This document shows positions 33,335 to 47,200 of a DNA stretch of 64,000 nucleotides, one piece after another (position 1 is the first letter of the stretch; each line of letters opens with the position of its first letter). The notes beneath the pieces were generated by a model. The model ran no database searches, was not told the origin of the DNA, and worked only from the letters and a program-made list of their open reading frames with translations. The stretch is from NCBI GenBank assembly GCA_002269645.1, contig NIVC01002533.1:62001-126000 (forward strand), written 5' to 3'. Origin of the DNA: Macrostomum lignano. Lineage: Eukaryota. The translations under genes and the position numbers were made by a program.

Positions 33335-33782
33335 GGTGAGGTTTCTAAGAAACTATTATAAAAAGATGGGATTTCTAAGAAACTGTTTTAAAAAAGTGTG
33401 ATTTCTAAGAAATTACTGGAGAAAGGTGAGCTTTCTATAATATGCTATAGACAGGTGAGCTTTCTAAGAATATATTTTAAATATGTGAGGTTTCTAAGAA
33501 AATGTTTTAAAAAATGAGATTTCTACGAAACTATTATGAGGAGGTAAGATTTCTAAGTCACTCTAATATGAAAAGGTGAGATTTCTAAGGCACTCTGTTA
33601 TGAAAGGATGAGATTTCTAAGGCACTCTGTTATGAAAGGGTGAGATTTCTAAGGCACTCTGTTATGAAAGGGTGAGATTTCTAAGGCACTCTGTTATGAA
33701 ATGGTGAGATTTCTAAGGCACTCTGTTATGAAAGGGTGAGATTTCTAAGAAACTCGAATATGAAATGGTGAGATTTCTATGC
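33335..33782. repeat. ~31-32-bp minisatellite (GTGAGATTTCTAAGGCACTCTGTTATGAAAGG)
   Basis: Degenerate at the left, homogeneous at the right. Confidence 0.85.
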
Positions 33783-34249
33783 CATTCTTATATTAGGGGT
33801 GATTGATTCATAAGCTAAAAAGCTAATTTAGATGCTATGCTAGATGCTAGTATTTAGCGGTAAGGTTTGCAAGCTGATTCAAAATTTATTGGGGCTAGCT
33901 ATGCTTTGAAAATTTTCTTTAATCTAGGGATTAAATATCGTAATATGTATCTAGTGGTTAGATATAGCATGAGATAATCTCAAATTCTAGAGGTGAGATT
34001 CCTGAAATAGTTTCAAATGATAGAGTTGAGATTGTTGAGTCAGTGATGTATGTTTCGCGTGGACAGTTTCATAGTTAAATGCTGCCTAAATGAACTTTTA
34101 TTCACTTCAAAGTTGTCCAAGCCAGGTATTGGGATTTCTATATTGTCGCCTAATGTATTTATGCAATCAATAAAACTATGCATGCCGATTTTAATTTTGG
34201 CACCGACTGCTAATCAGCTAGCGAGCTCTGACAACCAAGCCGTAACCTC

Positions 34250-34486
34250 ATGGATCCGTGGCGTTTGGCGCCGGAGGACCGGCTGAAATACGAGTCCCAA
34301 TTCGCTGCTTTGGGTCCCTCGGGCGGCTTCATCACCGGCCAGCAGGCTAGGGGTCATTTTCTATTGAGCAATTTGCCATCCACCGAGCTGGCTAGGATTT
34401 GGCAACTGGCCGATTACGATGCCGATGGCCGAATGAGTCTGGCTGAGTTCTGTGCGGCTTGCTTTTTGATTCGGCGCCGGTTGCAG
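34250..34486 (+). CDS. ITSN1: Intersectin exon 1 (EH1)
   Basis: MDPWRL...[37 protein letters not shown]; CAG|gtgcgc. Confidence 0.9.
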
Positions 34487-37400
34487 GTGCGCCTGGAGGG
34501 ATGGCGGTGTCTTTTTGAAGTTCTAGGCGGGAGTGGGGTGGGGCGGTAGCGGCGGCTCTTATGTTTTTAGGCGGAGGGGGATTGGCGGTGGCGGCACTTT
34601 GATGTTCTTTGTGGTAGTGGGTTTGGGGTGGCGGCGGTTTTTTGAAGTTCTTGGCGGGAGTGGGGTGGGGGCGGCGGCGGCTCTTTGAAGTTCTAGGCGG
34701 GAGTGGTGGGGTGCGGGGCCGGTTCTTTGAAGTTATATGCGGGATTGGGGTGGGGGCGGTAGCGGCGGCTCTTATGTTTTAGGCGGAGGGGGATTGGCGG
34801 CGGCGGCTCTTTGAAGTTCTAGACGGGAGTGGGTTGCGGGGCCGGTTCTTTGAAGTTCTACGCGGGATTGGGGTGGGGCTGTGGTGGCTTTTTGAAGTTC
34901 TAGCCAGGAGTCGTGGGGTGCGGGGCCGGTTCTTTAAAGTTCTAGGCGGGATTGGGTGGGATGTGGAGCAGCTCTTTGAAGTTCTAGGCGGGAGTGGGGT
35001 GGGGTGGCGGCGGCTCTTTGAAGTTTTAGGCGGGAGTGGGGTGGCGGCGACGGCGGCGACGGCTCTTTGAAGTGCCGACAGGCGGTAAGGTAGTTAAGCT
35101 GTGGGGGTGCTATATACTATCGCACCATCTTCATTTCAGGGCTATCCATTGCCGGACTCGCTGCCACCCAGTCTGTTGCAGCTTCCTCAAGCAGGGCCAG
35201 TGGCTTCATCAGCAGCTCCATCAAGTGCCGTTTCTCTGTCGGGCTCAATGTCCTCCAATCTTTCCTCTTCGAGTCAGCAGCTGTCTCACTCGTCGGAGGA
35301 TTGGTCCGTGCCCAGCAATATTCGAGCCAAGTACAAGTTGCGATTCAATCAGGAGGATCGGATGCGCAAAGGCTACCTCACTGGCCTGGAGGCCCGGTCC
35401 TGTCTGATGCAGAGCGGGCTCAACCAGACTGTGCTTGCTCAGGTAATTACAGTGCTTAATCCATTGGGGTTTTGCCTGTTATGAATTTTGTATTGCTCTT
35501 GTGACATTGACATTTCTGAACGATTTATCTGTCTAACACCCTCTCGCAAAGTTTAGTCTGTCTAACATTCTGTATCCCCTCTAACCAGTTGGTATGCGTA
35601 ACACCCCTCTCTAACAAGTTGGTATGTCTAACACCCCCTCTCTAACCAGTTGGTATGTGTAACACCCCCTATCTCACCAGTTGGTATGTATAATACCCCC
35701 TCTCTAACAACCAGTTGATGTGTCTGACACCCCCCTCTAACTAATTGGTGTGCCTCACACCCCTCTAACAAATTGGTGTGCCTAACACCCCCTCTAACCA
35801 GTTGGAATGCCTAACGCCCTCTATTTGGCCGTTCAGCCTGTCTATCACCCTCTGTATCTAACCATTTAGCCTGTCTAACACTGTCTCTAACCATTCAGCC
35901 TGTCTAACACCCTCTGTCTCTAAACTTTTGGCCTCTAGCTCCCTGTCTCTGACCTTTTGGCCTGTCTAACACCTTCCTCATCTAACACCCCCAATCCCCG
36001 CAGATCTGGGGCCTGGCCGACATCGATCGTGACGGCCGTCTCGGACCCGACGAGTTTGTCCTTGCCATGTACTTTGTCGATCAGTGCTTAGCCAACAGGC
36101 CTCTGCCGTCTACACTTCCATCCGATATGCTTCCGCCAAGCTTCCGGCAGCAGCAGCAATACCAGCAACAGCAGCCACAACATCAACAGCAGTTTCATCA
36201 ACCGGCTCGTCCAGCTTCCGCGGCATCAGTCGAACCGCCGCCTCAGCGTCGAATCTCCCAGGACAGCGGCGGCGGCGGAGTTGCCGACGTGTTCAAACAG
36301 TCCAGCACTCTGGAAGAGAAACGATTGGAAAATTTCCGTCGAGGCCAAGCTGAATTGGAGAAACGGCGCGAGGCGCTGCAGGAACAGATGCGAGCGATGG
36401 AGGAGGCCCGACTGGCTAAGGAGCGGGCTGAGCAGGTCTGTTTTATGAAGATTCGCGGCGCTTTTCTACCTTGTTCTCGTAATATACAATAGTAGTTAAG
36501 TTGAGACAGTTTTGCAGTCAGAAGAGACATTGAAGTATTGTCAAATTAGGTCAGAAAGGATCAGATAAGATAGGGTCAGAAAGGAACGCATAGAGTCACA
36601 TAGGGTCAGAAACAGTCACATGGGGTCAGGAAAGGATCACATAAGGTCAGAAAGGTTCAAATAGGGTCAGGAAAGGATCACATAAAGTCAGAAAGGATCA
36701 CATAGGGTCAGGAAAGGGTCACATCAGGTCAGAAAGGGTCACATAAGGTCAGAAAGGTCGCATTGGGTCAGAAAGGGTCACATAAGGTCAGAAAGGGTCA
36801 CATTGGGTCAGAAAGGGTCACGTAAAGTCAGAAAGGGTCACATAAGGTCAGAAAGGGTCACATAAGGTCAGAAAGGGTCACATAAGGTCAGAAAGGTCGC
36901 ATTGGGTCAGAAAGGGTCACATAAGGTCAGAAAGGGTCACATTGGGTCAGAAAAGGTCACATAGGGTCAGAAAAGGTCACATAGGGTCAGAAAGGTCACA
37001 AGGTCAGAAAGGTTACATAGGGACACATAAGGTCAGAAATTGTCACATAAGGCCAGGAAGGGTTACGTTCGGTCTCATAGCAAAAGCAAGCCCTTCAAAT
37101 CTTACCAATAAACAGGCAGTTAATTGTCCTTTTTTATCTTCGCCACAGGAGAAGCAAGAGCAAGCCCGCCTAGCCAAAGAGCGCGCCCGCCAGCAGGAGC
37201 TGGAGCGCCAGCGCGAGGCCCAGCGCGCCCTGGAAGCCGAGCGCGAAGCGGCCCGCCGGAAAGCCGCCGAAGAGCGCGAACGGGCCCGGCTGGAGTCCGA
37301 GCGGGCCAGGCTAGAAGCTGTTGAGCAGCAGCGAGCCGCGGCAGCCAATCAGAAGCTGGCCCAGGAGCAGGACCTCCTAGCTCAGGCTGAGCAGCGGGAG

Positions 37401-40400
37401 GCCAACTTTCGTCAGGAGTTGGAGAATCTCACTGAGAAGGGTCGGGAATGCCAGCAGCGGGCTGAGAAGCATCGAGGCGAAATTGAGCAGCACAAGGCTG
37501 AGATTGAGGCTATGCGAGTTAAGCGAGATCAGTTGTTAGCTGATATTAGCGCTAAGCAGGTGCGTAACTGTGTCATTGCCTCTCTGAATGAGCGACTCAA
37601 AAGTGAGTCATTTATGAGTCATCTCTTATGACTCATTGAGTCATTTCTTATGATGCCTCTAATTAATCATTAAATCATCTATTATGAGCCCTCTTAATGA
37701 GTGACTTGAAATGTGGTTTAGATCCGTTTTTTTGAATCTGGCTCTGTCCAGCCTCGTATATTTATGAGCAGCTTAAAGTGGGTCATTTATAAGTGGTTCA
37801 TTATGAGTCATCACCTATGACTCATTTAACAAGTGATCCAGTTTTTTGACTGGAATATATTTTTTATGACCCTCCCTTCCAGGTTGATCTTGAGAAGAAG
37901 CGCTCAGCTGTTGAAGCAATCCAGCGTGCTAAAGAGGAACTGTCGCTGAAGCTGCTGCAGAGCGATCCCCTGGAAGAGCATAGGAAAACGCTGGAATCTA
38001 ATATTTCCACTAAGAAGAAGGACGTTGCTGAGGCTAAAGCCAAGTAATTACAGAGTTGAATTGTATATTGCTACATATTAGTTATTAGGTTAAAAGTACA
38101 CACTAAAATTATATAACAGATTACAAAAGATTCAATTACGTATTGCTTCCAGATTACATGGTTATCATATTAGATTATATTATCTAATTAAACATTACTA
38201 CAGATTAGATTGCAGATTGCTACACAGATTAGATTGCAGATTACTGCACAGATTAGATTGCAGATTACTGCACAGATTAGATTACAGATTGCTACACAGA
38301 TTAGATTGCAGATTGCTACACAGATTAGATTACAGATTACTACACAGATTAGATTGCAGATTACTGCACAGATTAGATTGCAGATTACTGCACAGATTAG
38401 ATTACAGATTGCTACACAGATTAGATTGCAGATTGCTACACAGATTAGATTACAGATTACTACACAGATTAGATTGCAGATTGCTACACAGATTAGATTG
38501 CAGATTACTACACAGATTAGATTGCAGATTGCTACACAGATTAGATTGCAGATTGCTACACAGATTAGATTGCAGATTGCTACACAGATTAGATTGCAGA
38601 TTGCTACACAGATTAGATTGCAGATTGCTACACAGATTAGATTGCAGATTGCTACACAGATTAGATTGCAGATTGCTACACAGATTAGATTGCAGATTGC
38701 TACACAGATTGAATTACTACATATTCAATTTTAAATATTTAAATCCCTTCTGATGCAGATCAACAGAAGCTGAGCGAGCCCTCACCAAGCGAGGCGAAGA
38801 GCTGGCCAACACCAGAAACCGCATAGTCCGCAGTCGAACCGAGGCGGACAAAATTCGTGCAGAAATTTCCAAAGTGAAATCGCGAATACTACAAGAGCAA
38901 CAGAAGCAGCAAAAGCAGACGCAGAAGCAGCCAACAGTGGAAAATGCCAAGCCAAAGCAGCCAGATTTCGGAGCCAATCTGTTCGGCGATAGCGACGACT
39001 TCTTTGCGCCTTCATCGACGTCGCCCTGGCCACCGACGGCGACAACTGGAGGAGGCGGCGGCGAAGAGGCCGCTGCTACAGCCGCTTCTGAGAATGGATT
39101 CGGCTGGGCCGACTCAGACTGGACCTCCACTGGCCCGACCGATAGCAACAATCTTGGCGATATGTTCTCGCAGCAGCAACAGCCGCAGCAAAAGAAGCCG
39201 ATATCAACAGCTGGCAACGCCGTTTCGGGCCATAGAAGCTTTGAAGATGAAATTGAGGCGGAGAAGTCCAGTCAGGACAGGAAAAATTGGGAAGCGTTTC
39301 AAGCCGCTTTCGGTGGATTGAAACAAGCGCCTGCGGCGGCGGCCTCGGAGCCTGTTTATGACGATATTCGAACGAGTTATCGAGCTCTGTACGATTTCAC
39401 TGGCAGTCGGCACGACGAGATGTCCATTCAAGTTGGCGAGTTGATTATTGCTAGCGCTGCTGAGCAGACTGGGGTGGAAGCGAGTTGGTTGTTTGCTAGG
39501 TAATTTGAGCTAATTGTACTCTATTGTATGTTTAGGTACTCAAATATATACTTGGGTACTCAAATAGAATACTCAGATAGACACTTAGGTACTCAGATAG
39601 ACACTTAAGTACTCAAATAGACACTTAGGTACTCGAATAGACACTTAGGTACTCAGATAGACACTTAGGTACTCAGATAGACACTTAGGTACTCAGATAG
39701 ACACTTAGGTACTCAGATAGACACTTAGGTACTCATATAGACACGTAGGTACTTAACAGACACTTAGGTACTCAGATAGACACGTAGGTACTTAACAGAC
39801 ACAAGTACCCAGAATTCGTTAAGCAGACACTATATAGATATAAGACATATAAGATATATCTTAATGAAAATTTCTCCGTGTCCACAGATGCGGTTCCGAC
39901 CGCGCCGGCCTGGTGCCTCGCAACTACGTCGCCGAAGAAGGCACGGCCGAGGCGGCCGCCGCCGAAGCAGCAGCAGCGGCCGAGCCCTACGACAAGCTGC
40001 CCAACGACGCTCCCCCAGTTCCAGCGTCGTTTCCACCCGGTGGACACGACGAAACAGCGAGCGCCTTCTCTAAGGTGACCAAACTGTCGGCGCCATACAC
40101 GGCGGTTGCCATGGCCGAGCATCAGGCGGCCAGCCCGTCCGAGCTGAGTCTGACCATCGGCTGCGAGGTGAGCGTCAGCATGCGCAAGGACAACTGGCTG
40201 TTTGGCCGTTCAATGACTGACAGCTCGGAGGGTTGGTTCCCGTCTGGTTGCGTCACAACCGAGCAGCAGAGTAGCGACTATGTCAACGTGCCGGTAGTGG
40301 CTCCTCCTGCCTCGGCAACCGCCCAGCAACAGAGAATTGTTGTGTCGCTCTACCAGTTCGACAGCGGCACGCCTGGCGACTTGAATTTCGGCGTAGCAGA

Positions 40401-40676
40401 AGAAATTGTTGTGATTAGCGACGGCCTTGGCGGCTGGTGGGAAGGCTACCTGCGAAGGGACCCGGCGCAGAGGGGCATTTTCCCCGCTAACTTTGTCACC
40501 GAGAGGGCCGGCTCGGCTGCTTCCGGTGCGTGCTAGAGATGCTTGTGGCTTGTTTCGTCTGTGTGCCTGTCTGTCTGTGTCTGTGTGCCTGTCTGTCTGT
40601 CTGTCTGTGTCTGTGTGCCTGTCTGTGTGTCTGTCTGTGTCTGTGTGCCTGTCTGTCTGTGTCTGTGTGCCTGTCG

Positions 40677-40714
<38 letters not shown>

Positions 40715-40911
40715 GTGCCTGTCTGTCTGTCTGTCTGTCTGTCTGTGTGCCTGTCTGTCTGTCTGTCTGTGTCTGTGTGCCTGTCTGTCTGTCTGTCTGT
40801 CTGTCTGTGTGCCTGTCTGTCTGTCTGTCTGTGTCTGTGTGCCTGTCTGTCTGTCTGTCTGTGTCTGTGTGCCTGTCTGTCTGTCTGCCTGTCTGTCTGT
40901 GTCTGTGTGCC

Positions 40912-40961
<50 letters not shown>

Positions 40962-40989
40962 CCTGCCTGTCTGTCTGTCTGTCTGTCTA

Positions 40990-41032
<43 letters not shown>

Positions 41033-41087
41033 GCCTGCCTGCCTGTCTGTCTGTCAGTGTGTCTGACTGTCTGCCTGTCTGCCTGCC

Positions 41088-41130
<43 letters not shown>

Positions 41131-41140
41131 GTGCCTGTCG

Positions 41141-41190
<50 letters not shown>

Positions 41191-41200
41191 GTGCCTGTCG

Positions 41201-41256
<56 letters not shown>

Positions 41257-44200
41257 CTGTGTGTCTGGAAAAACCTGGACCTCTCTCCCCTATACTGCTT
41301 TTATTTCCTGTCGCACAAAATTCTTTGTATTCAAAATTCAAAATTCTTGAAACGCATAAAATTCTTATATCATCAATATTTTAGGCGCCGCGGCCGCCAC
41401 ATCTGACCCGTTCGGCGACGCGTCGGCGACCAGCGCCGCAGCAGATCCGTTCGCCGACGCCGCCTCCGCCTTCGACTCGGCGCCCAGCTCCGTATTCGAT
41501 CAGCAGCCTCAGCAACAGCCTCAGCAACAGCCTCAGCAGCAGCCTCAGCAGCAGCAAGAAATCGCCATAGCAACCGCCCCATTCGAAGCCGGCGGCGAGG
41601 GCCAGCTGTCGCTCCGAGTCGGCATGCGAATCGTAGTTAAAAAGAAGCCGGCCAGCGGCTGGTGGAACGGCGAAGTGGTTGAGAACGGCGTCAAACGTAT
41701 CGGCTGGTTCCCAGCTTCCTATACTAAATTGGAACAACCCTCGGTTGCTAACGACCAGCGACCGGCATCCAGACAGAGCGTCACCTCCAATCAGTCCATG
41801 CCTACCAGCGCCGCGCCCGTGGCCTCAGCTGCTCCCCAGGATCGGTTAAAGAAATCCTCAGTTCATACCGCTGGAGCCGCCTCCGTGTCCGCCTCCACCC
41901 CGGACCTGTTCGCCTCGGCTGGTAAGAAAGCCGCTACGCCTACATTATCAGGCTCCATGTCCGCTCAGCAGCAGCCCACGGCGGCGTTGTCAATGGCAAC
42001 CAGCGATGACGCTCTATCGTCTAGTTATAACAAAGCTCCATCGTCTAGCGTTGAACGAGTGGTTGCTAAGTATCGCTATCAGGCTCGAAATGACGACGAG
42101 TTGACGTTTGAAAAAGGAACAATTATCACGGTGAGTAGTTTGTAAGGCTAATTATTGTTTTGCAAATCCACTGTTTGTTCACGTGTTGTGTTCTTTATTA
42201 ATCCCACTTTATTATGCTTCAATCTTATAATCCATTTTTATGTAGATTTTGCCTATGTTGATTGAGTTCATCAAAAAAATGCTAGGCCATAAAGGTGTGA
42301 CGTTTTCGGAGTGAGATTTAGACATTTAGAGTGACAATTCATTGCAAGACTAAGATCATTTTCGGAGTGCTGTATAATTTTATTTTTTAGAGTGACATTC
42401 TGGAATTGACATTTTCAGAGTGACATTATGGGAGTGCCATTTCCAGAGTGACATTATGGGAGTGCCATTTCCAGAGTGACATTATGGAAGTGCCATTTTT
42501 AGAGTGACATTATGGGAGTGTCATTCCTAGAGTGACACTATGGAAGTGCCATTTCTAGAGTGACATTATGGGAGTGCCATTTCTAGAGTGACATGGGAGT
42601 GCCATTTTCAGAGTGACATTATAGGAGTGCTATTTCCAGAGTGACATTATGGGAGTGCCATTTTTAGAGTGACATTATGGGAGTGCCATTTTTAGAGTGA
42701 CATTATGGGAGTGCCATTTTCAGAGTGACATTTTGGGAGTGAAATTTTTGGAGTTATAGAAGTATACAGAGTGGAGAATTAATTTGGAGTGACATTTTGG
42801 GAGTGAAATTTTTGGAGTTATAGAAGTATACAGAGTGGAGAATTAATTTGGAGTGACATTTTTTTCAAGTTTCAACATTGGCACCTATTATTGATTTATG
42901 GTCGAGCCACAGCCAGTTTAAAATTTCATAATTTCAATTTTATTATCCTAGCTGCTAATATACTGCAGGATGTACTTTTTATAGTTGATTTTAGTAAACT
43001 GTAAAATTAAATTCAACTGTACCTTGGCAGATGAAATGTGTATATTTTATCCTAGAACTGTATCCCCCACTCATTTGCAGGGGAATGATCATGAGAAGGA
43101 TTAATTAATTCTCTATATATCAAAAGCTACAAATCATATCTTTTGATTGTTAAAACATTCGATTAATTTATATTTCAATGACAATTTTGATTGATTTTAA
43201 TTAATCATTCACTCTCTTAGAATTATAATAATCAAATAGGGTGCTTTTTAAATCATATTCAATTTATATATTCGACGATAACATTATTTAGTTAAATATA
43301 TTTATAATATCACTACTTTATGAAAACTGATACTCTAATAGGCACAAAAATACAACGCAGGATAGAGTATCATTCTAATAAATGTTTATAGATATTCATA
43401 TCTTCAAATATGCTTCATTTTATTGACGATTTTCAATTATTTAGCGCCACCCTACCAGACTCTCCAGTGGGGTTATGCCACCCTCCCAGACTCTCCAGTG
43501 GGGTTATGCCACCCTCCCAGACTCTCCAGTGGGGTTATGCCACCCTCCCAGACTCTCCAGTGGGGTTATGCCACCCTCCCAGACTCTCCAGTGGGGTTAT
43601 GCCACCCTCCCAGACTCTCCAGTGGGGTTATGCCACCCTCCCAGACTCTCCAGTGGGGTTATGCCACCCTCCCAGACTCTCCAATGGGGTTATGCCACCC
43701 TCCCAGACTCTCCAGTGGGGTTATGCCACTCTCCCAGACTCTCCAGTGGGGTTATGCCACCCTCCCAGACTCTCCAGTGGGGTTATGCCACTCTCCTAGA
43801 CTCTCCAGTGGGGTTATGCCACCCTCCCAGACTCTCCAATGGGGTTATGCCACCCTCCCAGACTCTCCAATGGGGTTATGCCACCCTCCCAGACTCTCCA
43901 GTGGGGTTATGCCACTCTCCCAGAATCTCCAGTGGGGTTATGCCACTCTCCCAGAATCTCCAGTGGGGTTATGCCACTCTCCCAGACTCTCCAGTGGGGT
44001 TATCCCACTCTCCCAGACTCTCCAGTGGGGTTATGCCACCCTCCCAGACTCTCCAGTGGGGTTATGCCACCCTCCCAGACTCTCCAGTGGGGTTATGCCA
44101 CTCTCCCAGACTCTCCAGTGGGGTTATGCCACCCTCCCAGACTCTCCAGTGGGGTTATGCCACTCTCCTAGACTCTCCAGTGGGGTTATGCCACCCTCCC

Positions 44201-47200
44201 AGACTCTCCAATGGGGTTATGCCACCCTCCCAGACTCTCCAATGGGGTTATGCCACCCTCCCAGACTCTCCAGTGGGGTTATGTCACCCTCCCAGACTCT
44301 CCAGTGGGGTTATGGCACCCTTCCTGACCATCCAGTGTGGTTATGCCACCCTCCCAGACTCTACAGTGGGGTTACGTCACCCTCCCAGACTCTCCAGTGG
44401 GGTTATGCCACCCTCCCAGACTCTCCAGTGGGGTTATGCCACCCTCCCAGACCCTCCAGTGGGGTTATGCCACTCTCCCAGACTCTCCAGTGGGGCTATG
44501 CCACCCTTCCTGACCCTCCAGTGGGGTTATGCCACTCTCCCAGACTCTCCAGTGGGGTTATGCCACCCTCCCAGACTCTCTAGTGTGGTTATGCCACCCT
44601 CCCAGACTCTCCAGTGGGGTTATGCCACCCTCCCAGACTCTCCAGTGGGGTTATGCCACTCTCCCAGACTCTCCAGTGGGGTTATGCCACCCTCCTAGAC
44701 TCTCCAGTGGGGTTATGCCAATATGTAGCACTGACTAATGAGTAATAATATATAAGAGCGGGATTCTAAATGAATTTTCTATATTAAGCTGCTAAGCCAA
44801 AGCCAATTTTTGCTAAAGTCATTATCAATTTTAGAGTATTTTTATTATTATCTTTCTTGTACATACCATTATTTTATATGATTCATTTGACTCGCTTAGC
44901 AAAATTAATTAAACAGTAGTATGTTAGGTACATCTGATTCTAAACATGATTAAATGGCTGGCTGTGTTAGACTTTTAATTACTTTTAGTAAAGATTTTTT
45001 GATAGTAGTCGCGTAGATTAGGATATTGATCAAAGGATTTTTATAATTTCGACGTTTTTTACTTTCTTCATTATGTTTTCACCCTAATGTCAACAATAGT
45101 GCAAGTTGTGTGCATGATAGATAGCGTTATGTTTTTAGAATTTCATTTCATAGCATCAAGTTTTTTATATTTAAAATTTGCTTTCAATTTACGTAAATAA
45201 GCAATAACGATTTCTGTTAATCTGCAGAACTTTTTCCTTATCAATACAAAATTTTTCGCAGAAATTTCATTACGTCACAATTGTTTTTTCGCTGTCTTCT
45301 GATTCTTACCGGCGCGAAAATTCCATGACATCGCATGTCTGATTTTTTTCTTAAGGGGAGAAATTTTGTAGACAAAGGAGAGATTGGATAGATAGACAAG
45401 GAAGAAATTGGGTAGATAGACAAGGGAGAGATTGGGTAGATACACAAGGGAGAGATTAGGTAGATAGACAAGGGAGAGATTGGGTAGATAGACAAGTAAG
45501 AGATTGGGTAGATAGACAAGGAAGAGATTGGGTAGACAGACAAGTAAAAGATTGGGTAGATAGACAAGTAAGAGATTGGGTAGACAGACAAGGGAGAGAT
45601 TGGGTAGATAGACAAGGAAGAGATTGGGTAGACAGACAAGGGAGAGATTGGGTAGATAGACAAGGGAGAGATTAGGTAGATAGACAAGGGAGAGATTAGG
45701 TAGATAGACAAGGAAGAGAATGGGTAGATAGACAAAGAAGAGATTGGGTAGACAGACAAGGGAGAGATTGGGTAGATAGACAAGGAAGAGATTGGGTAGA
45801 TAGACAAGGGAGAGATTAGGTAGATAGACAAAGAAGAGATTGGGTAGATAGACAAGGAAGAGATTGGGTAGATAGACAAGGGAGAGATTAGGTAGATAGA
45901 CAAAGAAGAGATTGGGTAGACAGACAAGGAAGAGATTGGGTAGATAGACAAGGAAGAGATTGGGTAGACAGACAAGGGAGAGATTAGGTAGATAGACAAG
46001 GAGAGATTAGGTAGATAGACAAGGGAGAGATTGGGTAGACAGACAAGGGAGAGATTAGGTAGATAGACAAGGAGAGATTAGGTAGATAGACAAGGGAGAG
46101 ATTGGGTAGACAGACAAGGGAGAGATTAGGTAGATAGACAAGGGAGAGATTGGGTAGATAGACAAGGAAGAGATTGGGTAGACAGACAAGGGAGAGATTA
46201 GGTAGATAGACAAGGAGAGATTAGGTAGATAGACAAGGGAGAGATTGGGTAGACAGACAAGGGAGAGATTAGGTAGATAGACAAGGGAGACATTGGGTAG
46301 ATAGACAAGGAAGAGATTGGGTAGACAGACAAGGGAGAGATTAGGTAGATAGACAAGGAGAGATTAGGTAGATAGACAAGGGAGAGATTGGGTAGACAGA
46401 CAAGGGAGAGATTAGGTAGATAGACAAGGGAGACATTGGGTAGATAGACAAGGGAGAGATTGGGTAGATAGACAAGGGAGAGATTAGGTAGATAGACAAG
46501 GGAGACATTGGGTAGATGACAAGGAAGAGATTGGGAGTTGGAGCTGACAGGAAGTATACTAAAATTAGAGAAAGTCCCAGAAAAACGGCCGCATTGCCCC
46601 TAGCAACCAAGCCTTAGCAACAAGTAAATAAGCTATTCATTTGATCCAATCCTACCTGTCTTGCCCAGGTGATCTCCAAAGACGAGCCAGACTGGCACAG
46701 GGGCAGGACGGCTAGCCTACGCGAAGGCCTCTTCCCTGTAAATTACGTTGAACCGCTGCCTCAGCAGGAGCCAAATCGCCAGATGGTGGTCAACGAGTTG
46801 ACTAACAGCGAGAATACCTATTACAACGATCTGTTGGAGGTTTGGAATAAATTTCACGAGCCAATGCTAGAATCTGGACTGCTGACGCAGGACCAGCTGG
46901 ATGCCATCTTTCTGAATTGGACCGACCTGATGAACTGCTCCTACAGTCTGCTCATGGCTTTGAAGGTGAGCTGCTTGTTGTTGCGTTGCTTTTTAATGGG
47001 GAAATCTTTATGGGTTATCGTGTCTGCATAGATTATCGTGTCTATATAGATTATCGTGTGTCTGTGTGAATTATCGTGTGTCTGTATGGATTATCGTGTG
47101 TCTGGATGGATTATCGTGTGTCTGTGTGGATTATCCTGTTTTTTATGGATTATCGTATGTCTGTGTGGATTATCCTGTTTTTTATGCATTATCATGTGTT

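Noticed and set aside
43410-44738. 386- and 407-aa ORFs with 31-aa periodicity
   Set aside because: A 31-bp stop-free unit read in all three frames; lies within ITSN intron 8.
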